Source of the DNA: Anolis carolinensis
Lineage: Eukaryota
NCBI RefSeq assembly: GCF_035594765.1
Contig: NC_085841.1
Span: forward strand, 47,723,636 to 47,787,635
Direction of reading: 5' to 3'
Length of the DNA stretch: 64,000 nucleotides
The notes below the pieces were generated by a model. It did no database searches and was not told where the DNA came from. It saw nothing but the letters and a program-made list of their open reading frames with translations. Numbering within the stretch: the stretch's first letter is position 1; each line of letters opens with the position of its first letter. The position numbers and the translations under genes were made by a program. Below are positions 12,850 through 25,473 of this stretch, one piece after another.

Positions 12850-13045
12850 GGTAACTCTGGAGACCAAGGTTTGAATCCACAGCCAGACATGGAACCTATT
12901 AGGTGACCTTGGGCAAGCCACACTCTCTCAGCCTCAAAGGAATGTCTTTTAATCAAATCTTACCAAGAAAACTTTGTGGTAGGTTCACCCTACAGTCACC
13001 ATTGGTCAGAAACTTCTTGAAAAGCACTCATGAACAACAGCAACA
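12850..13045 (+). mobile_element. CORE/MIR-like SINE
   Basis: B-box-like GGTTTGAATCC, CORE-like GGTGACCTTGGGCAAGCCACACTCTCTCAGCCTC, (CAA)n tail. Other copies at ~34020-34175(-), 36065-36229(-), 37030-37165(+) and 39675-39835(-). Confidence 0.6.
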
Positions 13046-13449
13046 AAGATTTTGCAAACTCTTGAGTCTATCCACCCATACTATGGTTTTCCTTTTTTCC
13101 TACTACCATAATGTGGTTTTCCTCTTTTCTTACTTTGCTGAACATTATTGTATATTCTAGTGACCCATGTGACAATGCCTTCAATTCAGTCATTTTGGTT
13201 TTTATGGAGAGTTGAGGCTTGATTTGCTCTAGGGCCTTTTTTGTCTGCATCATATTTGTCTATAAAGTATAGTAAACCCATTGGCCTCACTACAGTTTTA
13301 GATTTTTTTCTCTGCTGTGGTTTTTCTCTATCTCTGTAACTGTCATTGCATTCACATCTTAGGGAGTGGTGTATTAGTAGTAATGGGACTACTGGAGTCT
13401 TGTATGGCCCCAAGAGATTTTTTCCAACTCTAATATTCTCTCACGGCAG

Positions 13450-13558
13450 ATCATCTTTGAAGGTGTTCGTGGTACAGGTTCAGAAGGAGATATTGCCATT
13501 GATGATGTCACTCTGAAAAAGGGTGACTGTCCAAGGAGGCCAACTGCCCCAAATAAAG
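13450..13558 (+). CDS. MDGA1: MDGA1 penultimate coding exon (C-terminal end of MAM domain)
   Basis: Acceptor ttctctcacggcAG and donor GTGAGT at 13559. 109 nt, phase 0 in and phase 1 out, in frame with the previous exon. Translates IIFEGVRGTGSEGDIAIDDVTLKKGDCPRRPTAPNK, containing the MAM signature IIFEG..G...GDIAIDD....G.C. The TLKKG.CPR...PNK tail fits MDGA1 rather than MDGA2. Confidence 0.95.
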
Positions 13559-13681
13559 GTGAGTGCATATCCTTATAACGTATGTATGCTTGCACACCAG
13601 ATCCAAGGAAAGATTGGGAAAGTTCTGCATATTGACATGAGGAGGGATGTTAATTACTGTCTAAAGTGTGCATGCCTGCTT

Positions 13682-13688
13682 CATTTAT

Positions 13689-13721
<33 letters not shown>

Positions 13722-13760
13722 AGTTTATACCCTGCTTTTTCTCTCCCAAAGGAGACTAAA
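13682..13760 (-). mobile_element. L2-type 3' end with (TAG)n microsatellite tail
   Basis: (TAG)11 followed by TTTATACCCTGCTTTTTCTCTCCC...GGAGACT. Confidence 0.55.
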
Positions 13761-14672
13761 GTTAAAAACATTTAGGCTAACACTAAAAATTAAAACAGTA
13801 TGTAAATTACAACCTAAAGCATATAACATTAAAACAGACTTAAATTTGATTACTTTATTCTGCAAAGGTGGAGGCAGATGGCAGAAATGCTATTTCTGAA
13901 GTGACCAGGTTTTAACCACTTTGTAACAAGTAATAATAGAATGTTTATTGTTCATTAAAATCTTTGCCACAGTAGAGTTATTTAGCCAAATGAGTTGGGG
14001 TTTTTATTAAAAGCACCCTAGTGATAAGAAGGGGAAACAGTAATTAGGAGTAATAGCCATAGGGTAAAAATTAGAACATCTCTGTAAATAAGTACTAACC
14101 TTTATTGAATGCTGTGTGCATCCCAAGACAGAGAGATCGTTCTAAAATTATGACGAAATCTTTCCTGAATATATCAGTTTGAAATCACTCTGCCTCCTGA
14201 CAATCACAAAAGCACTTATACCAAAAAGAAAGCCAGTTTTTCATTAACTTTTATTGATATGATACATTCCAATGAGACTTGCATCAAAGATGATGAGTTT
14301 AGAGCTATGGTAAGTGGAACTCAGTTGGATGCTTCTGTTAAATAATATTTAACGTTTTGAGAGGCACCATTGTTCAATTTTAAAGGACATGATTTTGCAG
14401 ACAGGAAGTCCCAGGAATCCCCCCCCCCAACTCCGCATGTAGAATGTAAGGTGAACATCTGTCAATACTCACTACTATTCTGAGTAACGAATAATAATAT
14501 AGCTAAATGGTGTTGCTTGGTATAAAGCTGTTTTGCGTATTATGCCATTCTATTTTTTTCATTTAGTATATCTATATTGTCTCATGTCTAGTGGCTGAGG
14601 TAGTCTTATGTTTTCATAATACTTTGGATTGCCTGTTATGATTCATTCCTAGGATTCTCTCTATCCATTTAG

Positions 14673-14809
14673 CCAGTGGTACTCAAGCTTTGGTTCTCCA
14701 GGAGTTTGGGACTACATCTTTCAGAAGCTTAAGCGAGCTTGGTTAGTTGTAGGAATTTTGGGAGCTGAAGTCCAAAGTATCTATAGGACCAAAGATTGGG
14801 AAACACTGC
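14673..14809. mobile_element. Degraded hAT MITE
   Basis: CAGTGGTACTCAA ... TTGGGAAACACTG termini with the shared palindromic core. Confidence 0.65.
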
Positions 14810-14897
14810 TTTGAACTATCAGCTCATTCCGTAATTACCTATTTTGCAAGACATGAAAGTTTTATGTGACTAAATCCCTCTCTTACTTGTCCTACAG

Positions 14898-14989
14898 CGG
14901 TTGCCCTTCCAGGAAATGGTGCAGTCACCCACCACAAATCTTTCCTCTGTGGACCTCTACTTTTCTTCCTTTATGTACTGCTCAGATGA
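14898..14989 (+). CDS. MDGA1: MDGA1 terminal coding exon: GPI-anchor signal
   Basis: Acceptor tcttacttgtcctacAG, phase 1, matching the upstream exon. Translates (A)VALPGNGAVTHHKSFLCGPLLFFLYVLLR* with TGA at 14987-14989 followed by TAG. A small-residue omega site (N-G-A), a spacer and a hydrophobic tail make a canonical GPI signal. Confidence 0.92.
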
Positions 14990-17812
14990 TAGCAAGCAAC
15001 TGTTCTACTCTTCAATCTAAGACATTCCTCCTCCTTTCCTACTTGGTCACCTCTGCTCCTCTTGCTCCCACTCCTCACTGGCACACCAAAGTGTCTGTAT
15101 GTTACCAAAGACTAACAAGCATGACTACACCAAGGAGATCCAATTCAGAACCTGAAGGATTCCTGGAGGAAGTCATCATGTTTAAAAACCAAGCAAGTAT
15201 GAATAAAAATAAAGACACAAGAGAAAGTGGGAGGAAGCAATGGAAAGAAGAGCTGTGAATAACAGAATGAAAAGGCAAAAGCAAGGATGAAAAAAGATAT
15301 TTAAAAGGATAGATGAAAGGGGGCAAGGCCATGTTTCCCTATGAACAGTGAACAGGACTTCCTCAGGGAAGTGGGAACTTTTGTTTTAAACAAAAACAAA
15401 ATATATTAAAGCACAAATTTCTACCAGAACAGTTACCTTCTTGACTGCGGAGCCACAGTTTGTGGAGACATTTTAGCACAGTGCTCACCTTCTGGATCTC
15501 TGTGTTATGACTTTTCCCTGATGGGCTCTGTCAGCCACCTATCTGCTGCAGCACCATCTCACCCTCATCCTTCCAAAAGAACATCCCACTCGTCTCCATT
15601 GGGGGCCACCCCCTCCTTGCATCCTAGTGACCATAGATCCTTGTCCCTCATTGCATGTATTCAGAGTCTCCATATGCATTTTCAAGACTCTCATGTATTT
15701 AATTGTCCATGTGCAATTTGCTTTGAATCATCCTTCACACCTTTGGGCGCCCAGCATTTGGCTTAGTAAAGCAGAGAACAAAACCTGTTGTGCACTGTGG
15801 AGAAGGATGGTGAAATTTGAGGCAAGCATAAGCTGCAGGACCAGCTTGTTGGCATCTTCCATCCTCCTCCTCCTCCTCCCCCCTTCAAGAGCTGTTCAAC
15901 TCTTACCCTTTGCACTCATTTCTGTTCACTATCACACAGACAGATTGTCAAAATCCAGCACAGAGACTAAAACTAAAGGCCTCATGGTAGAGCACCGAAG
16001 CAAGATGGCTAGATGGTGGCATTGCAGTCAGTCGATGTCAAAGCCTGAACCTTGGAAGCCTTAAAGCAAGGATCTCCTTTCATTTTAATGTTAATTTATC
16101 AGCTTCTCATTCTCTTTGTGTAAGTCACAACTGCTACATTAAAAAATGCAGGGAGAATCATATATTTCTTTTAATTTTCTCCTGATCTCTCCCCCAGGTT
16201 GTCCTTATGACTTCTGAAATGGCAATACTTGCATGTTAATTGTGGTACCAATTCTTGGTATATTACTAATCACAGGGTGCTGATACCATGGTGCTTGGTT
16301 ACCTATTTAAGGACAAACCAGCTGTATCTTGTTACGTGATGAAGTGGGAGACAGGTGAAGTCTTAGAAGTTTGGTGGTAATACAAAGAATCAGGGAGTGA
16401 AACATGCCAAACTCCTAGGAATTGAAATAGGCAGTGTACTCAGTTTCAAAAGGTGAAATCTTTGGATTTAAAAGAAATATTTGGATTTATTTAAAAAATA
16501 AATGCATACAGAGTTGAAGACTATATGATGTATGCTATGCTACCACTGTGAGAAAATAAATTATCCCAGGCAAGTCAGATTGTTACTTCCAGATTTGAGG
16601 TTGGCAATAGTGAGCCAACAAAATCTTTAGGTCTGATGCTACAGTTTTAAAGCCAAGTGGAATTGGTCAGAACATGCTGCCACAATGAGCTGCTAGGGGT
16701 AGGTCTTATCATCCCCTTCCTGTGATTACAAGCATGGAAAAGAGATAGATACCATGTAAGTATATGCATGACACAAATGCATCCATTACTCCCACATTGT
16801 GAATTGCATTTGTATTCCAGGATCTATTTCAGATTGTAGAATTCCATCATTGATCTATTTAGGTGTAGAATTCCCATTATCTTCCCAACTATATTCAATG
16901 AACAAGTTTGGGCTTCCCCAGTCAATAATAATTATATAGAGGGGGGAGATTAAAATAATGTAGATAAAAGTAAATATTGTGACCTCTCCATTATCAGGTA
17001 TTTTTGCCACTATTCCACACATTTTTTAAAAAAAATGATGTTTTCAGAGCTGAGTTTATTGTTTTAAGGAAGCTACTGAAGTCCTAAGCAAGTCAAGCAC
17101 ATAGTTATGGCCAGATTATCTTCAGCACTTCCATGAAATTGTGTTTTCTCCTTCCAGTGGACATCTTCAAAACTTTGTACAGCTGAAAATGCATATTATG
17201 ATTGGTATCTTCATTCTATGGGATATCAGAACAATATCTATGTTCGTATATATAGGTAAATTCAGATTTATGATATCATGTGTTACCGGAAATACACAAT
17301 GTTATCATAGCTATAAAAGTTTTAGGAAAGGTGGAGATGGGAGCAAAAAAAGCAAAGGGTAAGGATGTGGTGATATTTCTATCTGAGTATATGGATTCTG
17401 GCAATGCATTTATAGCACCTTGGCATTTTCTTTAATCTAACATTACCATATCACTTAATCAGGATCTGGTTATATGATTTCTTCTGCCCAAAGGCATTTT
17501 TGCTGTTCAAAAGAACTAAAATCTATAGTTGTTTATCTCTGTTAAACTAGAAGCAAGCTCTGACAAAGAATTCAGTCATGTCTTTCAAAAACAGGATGCT
17601 AATAGTGAAAAATGGATCATTAACCAAAATAAAATACATATACAATATTGGTGCAGAAGGAGGCACAAAAAAGGAGAGGGGTCTTAAACATCTAATATTT
17701 CCATTAATGAGATTTTAAAAATGAAGGCTGCATCACCTTTTCTTCTGATCACAGGGTTCTTAGAACCATTGGAGTTCTACCAGTACTAATAGGATGCCTT
17801 CTTGGTCTTTAG

Positions 17813-18053
17813 GCAAATCTCTTCCAACTTTTAGCAGGAACTAGTTTTCCACTTGGGACCCCTTCTGGTTCCATCCTTTTTTATGAAGTACAGCTGAAGC
17901 ATCTTCCACAGAGTCCACTGTAAACACTGCACAATAGATTCATGAAAATGTTTAAACCTGCCAGTAGGTGAGATTCATAATTTTTTTCAGGATCCAAACA
18001 CTGAGCTATGTGTCCCCTATTTGGAGTCAGAAACCACAGTTTAAGAAGCCCCG
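17813..18053. mobile_element. Charlie-type hAT remnant inside the putative 3' UTR
   Basis: Shares ATGAAGTACAGCTGAAGCAT...CAGAGTCCACT...GATTCATGAAAATG and CCACAGTTTAAGAA with 62853-63184. Confidence 0.65.
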
Positions 18054-19734
18054 AATTAGGCAAACAAGAGACACAGATCAAAAGTTTATCATAGTTACAT
18101 TATTTGAAGACATTGGGAGAGATCTTGTAGAAGATATGATTGCATGGTTGGGCCTAGCAAACCTATCCCTCCAGCTTTCCAAGGTTTTGCATGCATCTGA
18201 ATCTGTCCTCAGAACAGGGAGAAAATACTGATCTTGCAACCCGCTCAATATCAGCTTTATTATGTGAGCATGAGTCTATGTGAGAATGGATGAAAGAAGT
18301 GCCTATTTACATGGAAAGACTAGATTGTCCTGTAGGGATTGACCAAGTATACCACTATCAGGTATCTACCAATGAGAAATCGGCCTTTTAATCATCCTCA
18401 CAGAAGTCTCAGGGAGCCTCATGTGTAGATACCTGTCTCGTGTTCATTCTCTTTCCTTGCTATGGCTTAGAAGCAATTGGTTACCTTTTCTTGGGGAAAA
18501 AATGTTTTCAAGTGCCTTTGCTTGTCAGAAATATAAAAGTGAAAGGTGTTGATCCAGTCAGTAGGAATCTGCTATTGCTATGAGTGAATTTCTCAGAAAT
18601 ACAAGACTGCAGCAGTGGAAGGAGAGAAGGAATTGCTCCCATCTCCCGGTTCTGAAGACAGGAGCTATTCCATCAGCCAAGTGACAGCACTGGATCCTGC
18701 CCAGAATGAAAGATTTCATGACATTGACCAGATTACTCACAGGAGGAACAGAGTGAGCTAGTACAGCAGTAAGGACAACTCCCTTATGCAGGACAATGTA
18801 GCGTACTTGTAGAACCTGTCAAGGATGAGCTCATGCTGAAAGCTAAAAAATGTTTGCAAGTTTCTATTACATGCAGTATTAGGCCCAATTTTTTAAAAGA
18901 AAGTGGTTTTTCTTTTGATTACCTTCACAGAGGAGAAAACATTTCCTACTGATTTCAAGTAGATAGGTAATATTCCCTTTCTAATTTGGAACAGAACGTA
19001 CTCTGGGAACAGTGCTATGTCAAGACAGCATCATTCCCAGGGGCTTTGTGGGAAGGGAAAAACATGCTAAAGAATTCCTCTCTGCCCCATTGCCACAATG
19101 AAATCACAAATATTCTCTTCCACAGCTTTGTAGGGAAACAAATAGTTTCCCAAAAGAGAGGATTTTTCTCTAGACACTTGAACATTCAGACCTCCCAAGT
19201 AAATGTCAGGTACTTCAGTGAAGTATTATCAACCACTTAGGAATCAAAAGCTACTTACAGCCTAATAGCTGTCAGGTGTTGTGCTGTTATTTAGAGTACA
19301 TATAAAATTATCATTCTGATTCATCAAAGTGGCCCTTTTTTCTGAATATAAGAAGCTTAGCACCCAGGTCCCTAGACATGTAAACTTTTGAAGATAAAAC
19401 CAGATTAAAGGAGTGCTTTGGCTGGTTGTAGTCTTGCGTAATTGGCCCTCTCTATTGTGATGAACTTGTCACATGAGACATTCCTTCCACCTCAGAAGTG
19501 AGGCACACAGCTGCCTCTAAGCAATCACTATGAATACAACTGTAAATATAGGTTGAGCTATCCTGGGAGGTACTACAAAAATAAGAGCTGCTATTATCTT
19601 TATCAAAGTATCTGTTGCACGAGATGCAATAAAATCAAGAAGGCATTCCAGTTAAAGATCAAAGCTGTGTGGGTGGGTATCTGCAGAATATTTTGTATGT
19701 TCACATTCTTACATTTAAACATTTTTATCAGAGC

Positions 19735-19740
19735 AATAAA
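19735..19740 (+). terminator. Candidate polyadenylation signal (AATAAA) of MDGA1
   Basis: AATAAA preceded by T-rich sequence with TGTA (19694). TE density rises immediately downstream (L2 end at 19790, CR1 at 20041). Confidence 0.4.
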
Positions 19741-19789
19741 TAAGATATGCTGTTAAAAATGGTAATACAGTATCTTGAATAGTGGGTCT

Positions 19790-19865
19790 ATTTATTACAA
19801 TTTATTTATTACAATATTTATATCCCGCCCTTCTCACCCAACAGGGGACTCAGGGCGGCTTACAA
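19790..19865 (-). mobile_element. L2-type LINE 3' end
   Basis: TTTATATCCCGCCCTTCTCACCC...GGGACTCAGGGCGGCTTACA. Confidence 0.65.
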
Positions 19866-20040
19866 AAAACACATATATAAAAGTGTACAGTGCACTATAA
19901 ATCAGTTAAAAAATAATTATTAACTTACATCAGTATTAATAAAACACATTATCTGTCCTAACAGTTAAATACAGCTTCCAGATGCAGAGGACATATACAA
20001 ACTTCCATGTACTGAGAACAAGCATATTACCATCTTGATT

Positions 20041-20196
20041 CAGCAGTGGACCTCTGCCTCGGAGTGTGGTGGAAGCTCCTTCCTTGGAGACTTTTAAACA
20101 GGCTGGATGGCCATCTGTGAGGGGTGCTTTGTGCTTTTCTTGCATGGCAGGGGGTTGGACTAGATGGCCCATGTGGCCTCTTCCAACTCTATGATT
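20041..20196 (+). mobile_element. CR1 LINE 3' fragment
   Basis: GTGGTGGAAGCTCCTTCCTTGGAG...GGGTTGGACTAGATGGCCC...TTCCAACTCTATGATT. Confidence 0.85.
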
Positions 20197-21814
20197 GTTT
20201 CATATGGTTTCAAAGCATATCTGGTATTACAGTTGAAGAGTTACCACCAGAATTGATAGATCCTGGATCAGAAGCAGCAGAGATTTTTACATTCAACATA
20301 TGTATACAGATGCCCCCTGTAAGTTTGATTTTTACTGCTATGCATTTGTTGCCTTTTGAAAAATAGTACCTCATTACTTTCTGTGCTTGTATTGTCAAGG
20401 CAGTCTAAGGATTGTATTCCCACCAGGTGAAATAGAATGTATTTCTTATATGGAATAATTAGTTTCACAAAACTAATCAAAAGAGCAGACAAGATATTAT
20501 GTGATTTATCTAACCAATGGAAAAAGGTCAGAGGAATGAATGAGAAGGAAGGGGTGATTTTAGAGTATTGAAATCTGGGTGTTTGTAGCATCTGACTAGG
20601 GGAAATGTATAATTTCATTGGCGTGGTTGTCTCTCTTCCTGTCATTATAGATATATCTTAAACATGTAATATCAGTTATTCCTAAGGAGGGCCACTTTAG
20701 CATGGTTCCAAGGACATCTCAATAATTTCTATAGAGCTATATCATCAATGACAGATACAAATACATTTTTATAACTGAACAGGTGAAGCGATCAGAATTT
20801 AATGTCTGATTTGCTACAATACAATTGTAGCTCAGGTGCACCTTATATAAAGGATGAGAGATTTCAGACTAGATAAGTTAACCAATATTCTTCAATAGAC
20901 ATGAAGTCGTTTATCTATGTAATCCCTATTTTAAAGCTTACATGACATTGCTCAGGCCTTATGGAGGTATTCATGTTGTTGAGACCTGGATTTATTCCAC
21001 TCTAGTATAATGGAAACATTCAAAATATGGAACCCTTGTTTGCCTCTATCAGAATCCTCTAATCTGCTGCTTCCGTTGACTTCCTACTCTCATAGTCGGT
21101 CATTTTTGCAATTTATGCTTCTTTTCTTTCAGTTACATGGAGCACATTGTAACCAAAACCAGCATGCCAAGAACAGGACTGGCATCCTCTGTATAGGACC
21201 TGCCAGTCTTTAAAGTGCTGTCTCCGTGTTTCAGTGTTTTCCATTTGCCCTGATTGGCCTCAGATGATGTTTAATAAATGAGCATGACATTTACAGAGAA
21301 AGATCTCCCATAGTGCCTTGGAAAATTGCATTTTAACAAGGGCCAATTATGTTCTGTGGTAACTGCAGGCTAGAGACTTTGGTTATCACAGGAAGCTTAC
21401 AACCCTTATCTGTTTGGCAGCAAAAGAGGAAGGCAAAGGCATCAGAGTGCTCTTGAGTTTTGCCCCAAACAGAAAGCCAAGCCAGGGCAGCCTTATGTTT
21501 GATGCAAGGCCAGGAGGTGGTTGCTAATACATATATAAAATATGTGAATTAACATGTAAGAACAAACAATTATATTCTTGTTCACTCAGGCCTGGTTGTT
21601 ACTGGAAGCAAAGTCTAATCCTACTGGTAGTCCTAAATAGATTTACCAGTTCTTGCATGGAGAGTCAACCTTTAGGTAAATATCAGATTCATGTGTCTGT
21701 TCAGTTTGGGACTATTATTAGGATTAAAGACAAAAGATATGGATATTAGACAACAAGGATCTAAGATAACAGAAGTAACTGTAGCATGTTAGATTGCAGT
21801 AGCAGACCATAATA

Positions 21815-22110
21815 CAGTCAGCCCTCCACATTGGGGTTAGGGGCAAAGGACCACCCTGAAAGTGAAAAATTGCAAAAATAAAAATAAAATGCTGGGATTT
21901 TTTTTTTTACATTAAGAGAAGACCTCCAGGAGTGTCTAGGTCTTCCAACTCATCTCTATGGTTAATTTCCTTTGAAATCTCCAGATTCACCAGCATGACT
22001 GAAGGACATTTACCAAAAAGTCACAACAGAAGATCTAGCAATTCCCAGAGAGCACATTTTTAATCAAATCTGTGAAAAGTCACATCCAAAAATTCAAAAA
22101 CAAAAATGTG
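21815..22110. mobile_element. Degraded Tigger/mariner-type MITE
   Basis: TA|CAGTCAGCCCTCCACAT left terminus; right end unclear. Confidence 0.4.
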
Positions 22111-22818
22111 TGTATGTTCCAGTTGATGAAAGATGAAATGAAGACAGTTTAACTATTTAGCAGGTAAATTGATGGTTACATTGATACAACATTAGGTTCC
22201 TAGTTATGAGCAGACTTTGTTTTATCCTGCCACTGGTATACTACAGCCCCAAATAGGTTAATGCCTAAGGCATAGCTCAATTGTAGTCCCTCTCATCCCC
22301 AAACATCAATAAAGGCCAGTTCCTTGAAAAGTCATGCTGTAGCATTAGAACACCAATTCTTGCTTTCGGTTTCATCTGTCCCAGTCCTGCTTAAAGCAAA
22401 CTGTTTTCCTGTTACGTGGAAGAGCCAGTCCAGGTTGTAATTCATTTTTACCACATGTTAAACTTGCAAAAGCTTGGTATTTTAGATTAAAATGGCTTTT
22501 CCAGACTCCATACTTTAAAATTAATATAATAATCAGAAGAACATCTTGTTGGTATCTATTGTGGCACAGTGTTATAGATGTGACCATCAGTGGTACTAGT
22601 TCATTATTCTAAAATCCCTTTCTGTAGTATCCATCCTGACCTCAATTACCCAATAATGATTATTATCTAAGCATAATTCTGTATAAAAATATAGATATAT
22701 ACACACTGTCACAAAGGCCAGGGGTGTTATCTTCCTCAAGGAGTAGCCATTTGTCACGCAAAGCTCCGAAGGCAATGAGTTTAAGGATTAACACTGTTCT
22801 CTAGAACAGTATTAATTA

Positions 22819-22968
22819 AACGGTGCTCCATGCAGTCATGCTGGCCACATGACCTGGAGGTGTCTATGGACAATGCCAGCTCTTCGGCTTAGAAATGGAG
22901 ATGAGCACCAACCCCCAGAGTCAGACATGACTGGACTTAACGTCAGGGGAAAACCTTTACCTTTACCC
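22819..22968 (+). mobile_element. Sauria SINE 3' half
   Basis: Body and ACCTTTACCTTTACC tail. Flanked by CTAGAACAGTA / CTAGAACAATA, a probable TSD. Confidence 0.88.
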
Positions 22969-25371
22969 TAGAACAATAATGTAGGAATAGGAGGAACAGA
23001 ATAATGTTTTTAAGGAGCTTTCTAAATATAAAATTTGTGAGGAAGCCATAGAAGGAAACAATACTTCCACTGCAATTACCACTTTCCCCAAAATCCAAGA
23101 AGTTTGTGGTCCAGGAATTTAGACACTAGCAATGCGAGCTCTACTGTTAATCAAGGAGAGGTTCCTTGATTCAAAGGAGTTATTATGAAAATGTAGCAAA
23201 TTGTCATGCTTTATAAAAATGTCCAGAATCCTACAGCATATACTTAACTAAATATTTAACTTCTCCTGGCCTTACTTTTTTCCCTCTCCTAAACTTCTGA
23301 TCATTGACAGGATGACTATCCTTCTCCCAATGCAATGAATTATAGTCTTATTTACTTATTATTTATTCATTGCATTTATATTCCGTCTTTCTCCAAGAGT
23401 GGGACCCAAGGCAGCTTCCAAAATAATTAAGTATTCACAATATAATTCTAAATTATGGTCGTAATGTCAAAATCATATTTAGTACTGTTCACGAATGCAA
23501 AACCATAACCATGTTATAGGGAGCTGGAGATCTGCCAATTGAAACCACATGTTTGCATAAAAGGTGCAGTGCTGTAGACTGATTTGGGATTGAAGAAAGG
23601 TTGTCAGTACTTTTGAGCACAGGCTCAACAGTGCAATGATCTGTTTCAGCTCACTGAATGAAGCTTTTAGCCTTCTCACCCACAAAATTGTCCTTAGTTT
23701 CCCATTCACGTTTTCACAAATTTTAGTTGTTGCTATTTGACAAGTAGTTGGAAGTCAGAAAACCCTTCCAGAACTACTGCCAGTCACTCAGAGGTTTACC
23801 AGTAGATCCAAATCTATCTTTTATTTACTTCTGCCTGCAACAGGCATTTAACAAGGAGATTCTTTATGATATAATAGCATTTGCACAGATTCTTTCACTG
23901 CTTGTGATTGTATAGGAAACTCGCTTTGGCTTGGTTCAGAATTGGCTTAGTGTTTTAGGGATAGAAATCTTAATTCCTTCATACGAGAACAATGCCTATT
24001 TCATTCTTGCATGCAAATCATATCCAAATGTCATGGGCAAGACTACAAAAAACCATTGCTTTCTTTGATAATTTTAATACTTCAGGTCTTTCCTGTGAAA
24101 AATGCTTTCTCAAAAATCATTTTTAACAGAAAATGGTGTATTTTGCACAAATAAACAAAATACACATGGGCAGACATGCTGTTCAATATCATAACCCTAC
24201 CTCATGATGTTATGATTATGCGAATTCATGGTTATGGTCATTGAATCAATGCAATGATCAAAAGTCTTAAGCAACCTACTTTTCAAGTGATCCGACACAC
24301 ACACCCAGGTCCTGTCACAGATGCTTGCCACGTTTTACCCCTGGGAGAGGGCTGAGCACATCATCACTCATTGTCCTGCTCTCCAGCACTTCCCAAAAAT
24401 CACCTGCAGGTAGGATTTGCAGGGGAGACATAGCTACATCATCATAGTCATGTCTTTGGTGCAGGATCTTGACTACTTTTCTCTGTGTAATCAATGTTTT
24501 TTGCACAAAAACAAGGGATTTGGGGGATATTTTTTTACAAAAAAAGTACTGAATTATGAAAAAACCTTATTGTGTTTGACTGTTTTCTTGTCAGAGTCTC
24601 ATGTTTCATCACAGACTAGAAAATTTGTGAGTTTTCTTTTCATCCCTGGCATGAACCAGTGTTCTCAGTGAACATTCAGCAAAAAGCTTTATTTTTTCCA
24701 AGAGTTCTCTCATGGCTAATAATGTTACCTTGTGCACACAGATGCTGCTCCGTGTCCATGCATTAGTTTACTTCCTGCTCTGAAAACTCTGCTTTGGTTT
24801 GGTTTTCCATGCATGATTGACGTTGTAGGGAAAGGTGGGTACCATTCTTTTGTGGCTGGAAATCTGGCAGCATGAGATCATTTCACAAATTGTATGTACA
24901 TTTTAAAAAGCTCAGGTAATTTCACAGCATTCAGTAGTAGGCTTATCAAAAGCAAGGGGTTAACTCTGAAGAATTGCAGTGCGTATGCCTACAAAGCATC
25001 TGGCTTTGGGCGGCTGGTCTGCTGAATGCTGATCAGGCAGTCAAAGAATCTCATTTAACATTCTGAACCAGAGAAGGATGTCGGGCGCATATGACACTCG
25101 ATTCATAGTACAGTCAACCATTACAAGCTGGACAAATATCTATATTGAACCAAGTCATTATGAACTTTGGCACCGCCACTAATTATAGCTGCATATTCTG
25201 AACAGAGCATCTCTTTTTAACTTTGTTCTGTAGTGGTGATTTTCAGAATCGAGTAGAGAGGAAAGAATGGGTGTATATGTACTTGAGAATTTAACAACTA
25301 TATTTCTCTGATGCCAAGGGCAACACCACTGTATAGAAATGTGCTGCTATACTAGGTGTATAATAAAGTAT

Positions 25372-25473
25372 ATCTGTTGGGGATGCTTTGAATGCGATTT
25401 CCTGCTTCTTGGCAGGGGGTTGGACTAGATGGCCCATGAGGTCTCTTCCAACTCTATGATTCTATGATTCTAT
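25372..25473 (+). mobile_element. CR1 LINE extreme 3' end
   Basis: GATTTCCTGCTTCTTGGCAGGGGGTTGGACTAGATGG...(TTCTATGA)n tail. Confidence 0.85.

Larger units (their letters stand above)
14990..19760 (+). other. MDGA1: Probable long MDGA1 3' UTR
   Basis: Follows the stop codon. Almost free of TEs (one old hAT) compared with flanks, and contains several miRNA seed matches. Best polyA candidate is AATAAA at 19735-19740; other hexamers occur near 15202, 16497, 16555 and 17628. The 3' end is inferred. Confidence 0.55.

Noticed and set aside
14866-15258. 130-aa ORF overlapping the last MDGA1 exon
   Set aside because: Different frame from the spliced CDS, non-ATG start in the intron, no recognisable protein.
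24321-24409. AG/GT-bounded candidate exon with an open frame
   Set aside because: No recognisable protein and no partner exons; such boundaries occur by chance.
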